Part shown: one piece after another, positions 11,501-18,740 of the stretch
Layout: each line of letters opens with the position of its first letter
How positions within the stretch are numbered: the stretch's first letter is position 1
Assembly: GCA_004431415.1 (NCBI GenBank)
Contig: QPMI01000052.1
Coordinates: 1 to 57,314, forward strand
Reading direction: 5' to 3'
Origin: Cyanophora paradoxa CCMP329
Taxonomy: Eukaryota > Plantae > Glaucophyta
DNA: 57,314 nucleotides
The notes under the pieces: generated by a model
What the model saw: the letters and a program-made list of their open reading frames with translations, nothing else
The model's database searches: none
What the model was told of the DNA's origin: nothing
Made by a program: the position numbers and the translations under genes

Positions 11501-14500
11501 AATGAAGATCTTAAAATTAATTCGAGCAATATATTTATTGAAAATCTCACAGTTACCAAAAATGCAACTCTACCACATCATCCAACATCGAATGTTGTTT
11601 TAGATTGGTTAGCAAAACAAAAACACACAAAAGCAGATATTACGGATTTCGCCCATACTCACACAAAAGATCAAATCACAGATTTCGCCCATACACACAC
11701 CAAAGATCAAATAACAGATTTTGCCCATACTCACACCAAAGATCAGATCACAGATTTCGCCCATACACATTTATGGGAGCATATCACAAATCCTCCATTA
11801 ACCTTCCCACCTGATTCACATACTCATGATTACTCAACAATAACCAATAGCAACCACAGACACCCTTGGAATCAAATAGATGAACAACCTACTTTTGCAT
11901 CATCAGGCAATATTTTGACAGACTTTACAAATGGTGTGAGTCTCTACCAGAGTAATACCATACCTGAAAGGCTACAACTAAATGATTATTATGTCAATCG
12001 AAAAGGCATTGATGCAGGGACCACAATGGAAGGTGAATTATACATCAAACAACCAACAAGAATCCAAATGATTTCAGCAGGTGGTGTTGGGGTGATTGAT
12101 ACCAAACCAGGCATCTTCTTAACAAGTTATTATAATGAGGACATCCCATTGACATCAGGATTACCACCTCTCCCATCTGATCCAGCAGCATATGATGATA
12201 AGGATGCCATTATGCAAGTAAATGTAACAGATGTCAGTGCAACTGATGGCTCCAGACCTAAAATAATATTCAGTCGATCCAAATTCAATTATGTCCCACT
12301 TGTGGGACAACCATCAGATAACTATGGGAAATGCGAAATGTCCTGGATTAAAACATTAGCAGGAGGAGCCTTAGAAGTCAATCAGAGGATGGCAGCAAAA
12401 AACTTACACAATGAGACCCTCTCTGGTGTTGTTACAGATGATTATTTAGAAAACAAAGATTATGTAACAAATACAGAATTACAATTAGCTCTTACAGATG
12501 TTGTAACAGATACCGAATTAACAGCAGCTCTTGGGAATTATTTACCTCTAACAGGTGGGACTGTCAATGGAACTGTGAATGCTACCACTCTACAAATTGG
12601 TGGAACCACAATACCAAAAGGTTATGATTTCGACCAATTAGATGTTATTTCGACAGACAGATCTCCAAATAACTGGACTGTTACTTGGGCATCAAGAACA
12701 GGGCAAAATGGATGTCATACCACACCACAAAATGATGAAGATTGCAGTGGTTGTTGGATGAGATGGCTCATTCCCACAGGTATGAAATCATTTTATATCC
12801 AGCACATGCCTTGGTATAATTGTAGATATTTTGATATCTATGGGCAAACAGTCAATGGATATCAACATTTCTTAAAACGAGTAAATGCCTATCAGGGAAT
12901 TCAACAGGTGAATCAGGATGGAACACATAATACAATCTTGTTTGTCTCTATCAATTGCGAGTTTTACAAATATATTTATGTTCAAGGTCGAAAAGGTCGC
13001 ATTCATCTCACAGGTGTTTTTGGGTGGAGCAGACAGAGAGCAACAGATAATGAATTGGGCATGATCTCTTGGGATAATGTATTTAGTAAACCTGATTTTG
13101 CAGGCACTTATGCAACAAAGGCAGAAGTCCCTAACGTTTTAGGTGATCTATTGACAGTGAACTCTGTGGACTGGCACAAATCAACAGATAATATTCCAAG
13201 GTTTTGGTTTGGTAGTGGTAATACAACATATATTCGAGGGTATGGGAATGGTGAAGGTGTCTCTATCGAATTTAGAAATTCAGGAGATACAGCCATTTTG
13301 AAGTCTTATGACAATGGTAACCTTTGGGTAAATAATACCATTACAGCAACCACTATAAATGCTACTACAAATCTCCAAATAAATGGTAATGCTGTTCCAA
13401 AGTTTCACACAGGAGATGCCTCAGTTGCAGGTAGTTCTCCATATAATTATTCTTCTGGTTGGAATTTCGGGTATGGATCATCATGGGATCCATATTATAA
13501 TTATGGTGGGTATGCATTTAATAATGAAGTTGATGACCAAACTTCTTCCGCTTGGATAGAATACAATATACCCGATGGTTTACACACAGGAACAGCATAT
13601 TTAACATATTTACCTTGGGGAAACTGTCGATTGTTTGAGATTTGGGGAATTAATCGACAAGGAAATGGTATTTATATTACAACTGTCAACAGTTACAACC
13701 CATATAGCACCTCAGCAGATGGTAACCATAGTGGTGTAAATAATGTTCAAATCCATCTTGGAAATCGTTTTATTCGCATTCGGATTTATGCAAAAGTTGG
13801 AAGGGTTCACATTATGGGTATTAGTTTTATGAAAGTATGGAATGGATCCAGTTATGGTGGTCACACAGGTTTTATCCACTGGGATAATGTTTATAGTAAA
13901 CCTTCTATGCTTACATTAACAAATGTGACTAATTCGATAGGAAACATTACAGGTTTTGATACTTGGAGTGGAACAGGTTCTTACAGCTTATCATTTAGTG
14001 GATCTTGGACAACAGGTTGGACACCAACCTACACAAATCCAGTCGATGGATTTTATAGTAACATTTCAGGCGATGAAACAGATGGTGGTTGGGCGCAAAT
14101 TGAAGTCCCAGCCAATATGAAAACATGTCATGTTCAGTATATGTGTTGGACAAATTGCAGATATTTCGATATTGGAGGCTATCGAAATGGGAGGTGGCAT
14201 CACATTATGAGGGTGAATTGCTACCAAGCCGTTTCAAATAATTACGATTCAGATTGGCATGATGGCTTAACATGGACTTCTTTCCATTGTGATACATTCT
14301 CTCATGTAAGATTTGTTGCAAGGAAAGGGAGATGTCACATTGGAATGATTGGATGGACAAAAGAAAAAGGAAGAACAGCCCCAGCAAATGGTTTTATAAG
14401 TTGGGATAATGTATATAGTAAAGATGCTCGCACAACTTGGGCAACCGGAACTTGGATTACTTCAAGTGAAGGTTATTCAAGAATATATTTCGGTTCAGCA

Positions 14501-14947
14501 TCAACTACATATATTAGAGGACATGCAACAACAGTAGTAGAATTTAGAAATACGTGGGATACACATGTAGCATTTATAAATGATGATGGATACATGTGGG
14601 TTAGAAACTATCTCGGACAAGGTAGCGATAGAAGATACAAAACCGATATTAAAAAGATAACTGGCGCTCTTTCAGCAATAGAGAAATTAGAAGGAGTGAG
14701 TTTTAAACGAATCGGAAGTGAAAAAGATGGAACAAGATTAGGTTTAATTGCGCAAGATGTGCAACAGGTAATACCAGAAGTTGTGAGAGCAAAACAAGAC
14801 GATGGCTACTTAGCTCTCGAATACACAGGTTTAATTCCAGTTCTCATAGAAGCCGTTAAAGAATTATCCCAGAAATGCAAAGATTTAACACAAACATGTC
14901 AGAATCTCCAAAGTCAAATAGATCAAATTAAAAATATCTCAGTATAA
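8522..14947 (+). CDS. 2141-aa modular fibre/adhesin with C-terminal peptidase S74 intramolecular chaperone
   Basis: Intact ORF with acidic EEYLPDG repeats, PP-H-H-W and HTHTKDQITDFA phage-tail repeats, a LamG-like GDLAEIIVFNRALS segment, YLPLTGGT, three copies of a ~110-aa domain, and SDRRYK...GLIAQDVQQVIPEVV...LIEAVKEL from 14624. Confidence 0.9.
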   Translation: MSFNYPPNLETIQDDNASSTKHVNFDNIKVKGSVSIDHSSDNSSKTQSREHALSVNQTDPDKEDVSVAFSLGNVKANQVAEIKATRRRPRKLKTSGTHPDIPSRFDSGRLIFNVQDEQGKQNTALRIYNEGSTAKAEVPQVLQVGPIANTNQVSYTNDVYPKDITYDFARNEPFGFFTPKDVHQKKPSITINSSPSQPVAIHLHPDLVEMDRHLLPLYSNVKDLGIRTRQWRNIHGSNVYANGEKLVSEKTLREIIEHYGPNGPTVPFPIPFPNGPPDLTPKKQPGREYTATEDVAFGQHIVSWEQVRNKPIIEPRKQIDEQYLPPEIDILELEEYQFVPDEEEYLPDGFDPQEYEYDQFDPNEEEILPDGLDPQEFEYEQNYEPDEEYLPDGHDPPVVDYEQPYEPHEELLPDGFRPEIWEFFPDYEQINNKPAKYPPEDHNHDWDEILGKPQKYPPEDHRHDWGEIDGIPTEFPPSKHEHTWDEINDQPEFAKVEPLDNLGVSLYQTCNVPERIFLNEHYVHVNGTLANSAMRGPLHIRTLPGSYDPPPEPGATIPNIFVSSYMEADIPTDTFRVPTDPATYQNFNSAIQVHVADVSSLDGSRPMIVFSRDKYSYIPIVGTANDNYGRAELAWIKTDYGGVLEANQRMAAKNIHNENISRVVTEDYLEEQGYIDEGELTNILSLFVIKNDTNLTVTSNIFTSNLYTSNIWASNIWASNIWASNLWADDIYTSNLTVYRNITIGTQNTIQILYRPYYAVTTVIDPAPIIPNCIFAWKASGQHGELIYFEGQLYNRVTTQIPYITNNSKWESVYYYLNATLNNQISIGKELNLAYRSSVSIDWSSGLTLFFIGRINTTNPSYMLNIRDSSYQNWIGYGCKNQKFGVSLQIQNDVENATPPLFDASYIYNSWNYWDFTVSSEKIVVGMGGVDIGTSSGYFLPPSNFASFGSSVANGDLAEIIVFNRALSIEEKNAVRYYIQLLYGFPNTQPILNNEDLKINSSNIFIENLTVTKNATLPHHPTSNVVLDWLAKQKHTKADITDFAHTHTKDQITDFAHTHTKDQITDFAHTHTKDQITDFAHTHLWEHITNPPLTFPPDSHTHDYSTITNSNHRHPWNQIDEQPTFASSGNILTDFTNGVSLYQSNTIPERLQLNDYYVNRKGIDAGTTMEGELYIKQPTRIQMISAGGVGVIDTKPGIFLTSYYNEDIPLTSGLPPLPSDPAAYDDKDAIMQVNVTDVSATDGSRPKIIFSRSKFNYVPLVGQPSDNYGKCEMSWIKTLAGGALEVNQRMAAKNLHNETLSGVVTDDYLENKDYVTNTELQLALTDVVTDTELTAALGNYLPLTGGTVNGTVNATTLQIGGTTIPKGYDFDQLDVISTDRSPNNWTVTWASRTGQNGCHTTPQNDEDCSGCWMRWLIPTGMKSFYIQHMPWYNCRYFDIYGQTVNGYQHFLKRVNAYQGIQQVNQDGTHNTILFVSINCEFYKYIYVQGRKGRIHLTGVFGWSRQRATDNELGMISWDNVFSKPDFAGTYATKAEVPNVLGDLLTVNSVDWHKSTDNIPRFWFGSGNTTYIRGYGNGEGVSIEFRNSGDTAILKSYDNGNLWVNNTITATTINATTNLQINGNAVPKFHTGDASVAGSSPYNYSSGWNFGYGSSWDPYYNYGGYAFNNEVDDQTSSAWIEYNIPDGLHTGTAYLTYLPWGNCRLFEIWGINRQGNGIYITTVNSYNPYSTSADGNHSGVNNVQIHLGNRFIRIRIYAKVGRVHIMGISFMKVWNGSSYGGHTGFIHWDNVYSKPSMLTLTNVTNSIGNITGFDTWSGTGSYSLSFSGSWTTGWTPTYTNPVDGFYSNISGDETDGGWAQIEVPANMKTCHVQYMCWTNCRYFDIGGYRNGRWHHIMRVNCYQAVSNNYDSDWHDGLTWTSFHCDTFSHVRFVARKGRCHIGMIGWTKEKGRTAPANGFISWDNVYSKDARTTWATGTWITSSEGYSRIYFGSASTTYIRGHATTVVEFRNTWDTHVAFINDDGYMWVRNYLGQGSDRRYKTDIKKITGALSAIEKLEGVSFKRIGSEKDGTRLGLIAQDVQQVIPEVVRAKQDDGYLALEYTGLIPVLIEAVKELSQKCKDLTQTCQNLQSQIDQIKNISV
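9480..9990 (+). repeat. Coding repeats: acidic (E)EYLPDG-DP units followed by His-x-His-x-Trp units
   Basis: About 5-6 degenerate EE(Y/I/L)LPDG units, then three K(Y/F)PP-xH-H-W units. Confidence 0.85.
10644..10703 (+). repeat. 15-bp tandem repeat encoding SNIWA
   Basis: caagtaacatatggg occurs three times exactly, plus one copy with a single mismatch. Confidence 0.95.
11621..11770 (+). repeat. 36-bp tandem repeat encoding HTHTKDQITDFA
   Basis: Four units with synonymous differences. Confidence 0.95.
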
Positions 14948-14950
14948 TAA

Positions 14951-15256
14951 ATGGCAACCTATCCACTTGGTGGAACCACCTATTCTACTGAGCCTGTTGC
15001 GCTTTCTTTCGATACAATCACCCTTGTAAACGCATTACAAACAGTTGAAAAAACGATTCAGCAAACCAATAAGCTCTCACCAGTTGTCAATGAGTATAAA
15101 AACCTCTTGGTTAATGTCCTTGCCAAATCTGCATATGGTGACCCTGTTGCTAAATACAATGAGTGTGATAACAACATTAAAGCAATGACGTCCAACCTGC
15201 AAGTTCTTTCAACTGTTTACCAATCCCTTGGATCGAATTTAATCACTTTGGCTTGA
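14951..15256 (+). CDS. Small helical viral protein (101 aa), unknown function
   Basis: Intact ATG ORF starting 3 bp after the fibre stop codon. Confidence 0.7.
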   Translation: MATYPLGGTTYSTEPVALSFDTITLVNALQTVEKTIQQTNKLSPVVNEYKNLLVNVLAKSAYGDPVAKYNECDNNIKAMTSNLQVLSTVYQSLGSNLITLA

Positions 15257-15295
15257 TTGCAGTTTATTTTTCTTTCCTTCTTAGTAAAAGAAGCA

Positions 15296-16141
15296 ATGGG
15301 TGAATATAATCGAGTTCAACTGCCTATATACTCCCTTGGATCCCCTGCAATGCATTTTCGCCAGCATGAAGTAAATGATGAGGTTCGTGGTTTAGAATCC
15401 ACAGAGAGACCCAACTCCAATGGCAACTCCTTTGATAAAAATTCGATTATTCGAGTTAAAGAGCTGAGAGCTGATAAGAATTCTGGTGTGGTTAAAACAA
15501 CTCGACTTCTTGTCACCAATGCTAACTTCTTCCAGCCTACAAATGGAGGTCCTGATGCTTACAGTGTTGCCCTGAAAGCCCTAGATTTCGACAAGAATAC
15601 TGCTGCTGTTACTGTGAGATCAGGAGGAGCATTTATTGGGGGAGGTTGCAGAGTTTCAGGTCAACTCTCATCCTCAATTTCGTATAATGATGTCCCAGAT
15701 ACTCTAGAGCAAAATGTGGAAGACCCCCAACGAATTCGATTATATACTCCTGTCGCACAGCAGCCATTAATTCAATTTTACATTGGATATACTGTTACTC
15801 TTGAAAACTCGGAATTAATTGAAGGAACCAAAAGAGTACTGAGAGGTCTTGCGATTCCATCTGCAATGCTTTCCCTTTGTAGAGCCAACAACAATCAAGT
15901 AGGTCATAAATACTATTTCAATGTTCAGGGATATAATCATTTCGGTTATGGCTACTGTGTTTATAATAATAATTTCACCTTTGACTTGTTTGTTACAGAT
16001 ATTGGGTTATATACTATAACTCTTATCGGTTTGAGAACAGATATAGCTGCTGTCTCAGCTCTTAGAGGTGTAACTCCTGATACTCTTTCAGTTACAGGGT
16101 TTTATTCGGAACCAGATATTATTGATGACCCAACCCCATAA
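15296..16141 (+). CDS. Short fibre-like viral protein, paralog A
   Basis: ATG at 15296. Shares GL-STE...ELR-DKN-G-VKTT-LLVTNANF...SGGA-IG and a terminal RTD with the next ORF. Confidence 0.75.
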   Translation: MGEYNRVQLPIYSLGSPAMHFRQHEVNDEVRGLESTERPNSNGNSFDKNSIIRVKELRADKNSGVVKTTRLLVTNANFFQPTNGGPDAYSVALKALDFDKNTAAVTVRSGGAFIGGGCRVSGQLSSSISYNDVPDTLEQNVEDPQRIRLYTPVAQQPLIQFYIGYTVTLENSELIEGTKRVLRGLAIPSAMLSLCRANNNQVGHKYYFNVQGYNHFGYGYCVYNNNFTFDLFVTDIGLYTITLIGLRTDIAAVSALRGVTPDTLSVTGFYSEPDIIDDPTP

Positions 16142-16164
16142 AAGATATATCCCTTTAATGTAAA

Positions 16165-17001
16165 ATGGCAGAGGCACCCACACCAATAGAGCGAATTATA
16201 ACACCACAGCTATCATTAGCTGCCCCAGCAAACCATGTTCTGCAGCATGCTACATTTGATGATGTGGAAGGTCTCCAATCCACAGAGGTCCAACCTACAA
16301 TGAACACCTTTGGTTCCACCCACAAACTGAGATTACAGGAACTCAGATGTGATAAAAATAATGGAATAGTTAAGACAACTAAGCTACTTGTCACAAATGC
16401 AAACTTTTCTGCTCATTATGGAGACCCAGATAGCTATGGAGATCCTCTGTCTACTTATTCTTTTGAATCTAGGTCGGGAGCTATTAACTGCAAATCGGGG
16501 GGAGCTTATATTGGTGATGGTCTTAGGGTTGGTGGGGCTGTTGGAGCGCCTTTATTTGTGAATGATCAACCCAATCCCATTGATCCCAACACAAGAATTC
16601 GAACCTATGTCCCCAGCATGAATGCCCCCTATATAATCAAGATATTCCCCATTGTTGTGAATGAACAAACAGCAGTAGTAGATTCTCTTGTTGAAATTGG
16701 TGACCACTACAAGGTAGTTGTGGATATCCCACCAGATGTTTATGCTCTTTGTCAAGTAGAGGGTGGAACTCCTAATTTTGCTGTTGTGATCACCCCATAT
16801 GATAATTTCGGAATTGCTTATCATGGAGTCAATTTTGGTTTGGAAGATTATCAGTTCCTGGTTAGAGCCACCAAGTTTGGTATCTACAAGTGTGTATTAT
16901 ATGCTGAGAGAACCGATTTTATTGCAAGGCAGAATACCTATGCTGAATACTATGGCACAAATCGATATTTCCCCATTTTTGGGCAGGATACTGCTCCATA
17001 A
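16165..17001 (+). CDS. Short fibre-like viral protein, paralog B
   Basis: Intact 278-aa ORF; clear tandem paralog of 15296-16141. Confidence 0.75.
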   Translation: MAEAPTPIERIITPQLSLAAPANHVLQHATFDDVEGLQSTEVQPTMNTFGSTHKLRLQELRCDKNNGIVKTTKLLVTNANFSAHYGDPDSYGDPLSTYSFESRSGAINCKSGGAYIGDGLRVGGAVGAPLFVNDQPNPIDPNTRIRTYVPSMNAPYIIKIFPIVVNEQTAVVDSLVEIGDHYKVVVDIPPDVYALCQVEGGTPNFAVVITPYDNFGIAYHGVNFGLEDYQFLVRATKFGIYKCVLYAERTDFIARQNTYAEYYGTNRYFPIFGQDTAP

Positions 17002-17023
17002 GAATATTGGTTATATATAGAGT

Positions 17024-17296
17024 ATGGATAGTAAAACAAAAAAGTTTATTGATGCTGCTATGACAGTTCATGGTAAAGATAAATTCGATTACAGTGAGAC
17101 ACATTACATCAAAGCTCAAGAGAAAGTATCTGTTAGATGTTTGCAGTGTAATAAGGTGATCCTTACATATCCCTTTAATCATGTGAAGGGATCAGGGTGT
17201 AGGGAATGCAACAAAAAGCACTCTCAGGCTTACAGGAAAAGGGCTACTTCATCAATTAGAGTAGAGTATAGGGATATTTGCATTAGGTTCGATTAG
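17024..17296 (+). CDS. Stand-alone zinc-ribbon repeat unit (DUF723-like, homing-endonuclease-associated type)
   Basis: KFI-AA--VHG--FDYS---Y-----KV-V-C--C......HV-GSGC--C pattern; no nuclease domain follows. Confidence 0.7.
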   Translation: MDSKTKKFIDAAMTVHGKDKFDYSETHYIKAQEKVSVRCLQCNKVILTYPFNHVKGSGCRECNKKHSQAYRKRATSSIRVEYRDICIRFD

Positions 17297-17325
17297 GTTT
17301 AATTAATTTTTCTAAGGTATTCTTA

Positions 17326-17724
17326 ATGGAGACTCAATACAGAGGCTTTCATGTTATGCTTGATTACAAGGCTAAATCAGCTATTGCAACAGGACATGAG
17401 CATGTTAGCTTCCTAGGTAATTGGATTATGGGAACCCTTGAACAAGCTATATTAAGACAAGGCATAAGAATTGTTCATAAACACTGTGAGATATTTGATG
17501 GGAAACTATCACCTCCTGGTTTTGCATTGGTTCTGCTATTAGATGAAAGCCATTGCACAGCTCATTGTTATTCCAATGAAGGCATGTTAGCAATTGATAT
17601 ATTCAGTTGTGGTAAAGAAGCTCAGCATAAAACACAAGCAGTAGCAGATGAGATCGATAAAACAATGAATTTCTTAACATTTGAGAAGACTGAGAGACAT
17701 AAACATGATAGATTCCCGTTTTAA
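17326..17724 (+). CDS. speD: Pyruvoyl-dependent S-adenosylmethionine decarboxylase proenzyme family (short prokaryotic type)
   Basis: G-HVMLD, F---PPGFALVLLLDESHCTAH-Y--EG-LAIDIFSCG: intact E-S-H autocleavage site and the conserved DxFxCG. Confidence 0.9.
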   Translation: METQYRGFHVMLDYKAKSAIATGHEHVSFLGNWIMGTLEQAILRQGIRIVHKHCEIFDGKLSPPGFALVLLLDESHCTAHCYSNEGMLAIDIFSCGKEAQHKTQAVADEIDKTMNFLTFEKTERHKHDRFPF

Positions 17725-17939
17725 TGGGTTTCTATAATGATAAACAGGGTAATTTATCTTTTTTATTACAATAGCTTTCTACAATGATTATTTTCCGGAT
17801 TCCGGACATTGTTTACAATAGAATTCTACTGTATGATGTAGCCAAAATATGAATGCATCCTAAACCTACAAGTGTAAGATTTCGAATACTATTCGATTTC
17901 ATTACAGTAAAACTCAACATTCCCCCTATTATATAATAT

Positions 17940-18660
17940 TTATATTAAAGTGGACTCAAGGTTGACTCATATTAATCGTAAAAGTAGTAATAGTATATGG
18001 ATTTTGTTACGAATTCAATGCAAGGGTTGACTAAGTGGGTTGAGTTGACTCAAATTTCACAGGAAATATTTGGGACCTAAAGTTTTCTAAAAAGGATTTG
18101 AAAAAATGTGTCAACTCCCCCCACTTAGTCAACCCTGACCATAAACAGTAAGGATTTGAGCTAACATGTATCACAAAGTGAACATTTTGAGTCCACTTAG
18201 AAGATCCACTTTTGAAATCAAAGTTGATTTTGCTTGAAATTTCAAAGTTGATCTAAAAGTGAGTCCACCCTGATTGATTATGGTAACAAAGTTGACTAAG
18301 TTGACTAAGTTGAGTCATCTTAAGAAATTCAAGGAGACTAAGAGTTCAAAATGTTTATGAAAAGTGAGTCAACTTAGACCACTTATGGTAACAAACTTAA
18401 ATATTTAATTGATTTAATCGGAAAAGAACATGATTTAATCGAATTTATTGATATAATTCCGATTAGATTCATTTAGGATTCAATTAAGATCAATCGAAGT
18501 TATAGATATAATTCCGATTAACTACAATTAAGATACAATATCGATTAATCGAGTTTATCGATATAAAATCGATTAAATTAATTGAAAATGCATTTAAAAA
18601 TATGAAAATTCATGTGAAAATTCAAATAAATTAATCGATTTTATTGATATAACATCGAAT
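17940..18660. repeat. Non-coding subterminal arm with direct and inverted short repeats (candidate origin/TIR)
   Basis: 30-bp imperfect inverted repeat at 18023-18052 / 18107-18136, many GTTGACT/AGTCAAC units, ttatggtaacaaa twice, and AATCGA/TCGATT-rich repeats at 18400-18660. Confidence 0.75.
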
Positions 18661-18661
18661 C

Positions 18662-18740
18662 ACACATATGAATATTCATATTTTAATCCTGAGGCGGAAC
18701 GGTTCCGCCTCAGGATTAAAATATGAATATTCATATGTGT
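18662..18740. repeat. Perfect 79-bp terminal palindrome (39-bp arms, 1-nt centre)
   Basis: acacatatgaatattcatattttaatcctgaggcggaac-G-gttccgcctcaggattaaaatatgaatattcatatgtgt; ends exactly at the AT-to-GC switch. Confidence 0.98.

Larger units (their letters stand above)
1..18740. mobile_element. Endogenous Polinton-like / mriyavirus-like dsDNA virus (right portion; left end lies outside the window)
   Basis: AT-rich, intronless, densely packed ORFs contrast sharply with the GC-rich flank from 18741. Contains a packaging ATPase, a double-jelly-roll-like capsid gene, two penton-like genes, an AEP primase and a fibre, and ends in a palindrome. No pPolB or integrase is visible in the window. Confidence 0.9.

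Noticed and set aside
10644-11770. Short regular repeats as a possible CRISPR array
   Set aside because: They are in-frame coding tandem repeats with no unique spacers and no cas genes.
8522-14947. Bacterial prophage or contaminant interpretation
   Set aside because: Neighbouring genes are eukaryotic-virus types (A32 ATPase, jelly-roll capsids); no terminase, portal or Shine-Dalgarno pattern was seen.
18723-18740. ATG start of the 1248-aa ORF
   Set aside because: It lies inside the viral palindrome, so it is a chance fusion and not the native retrotransposon start.
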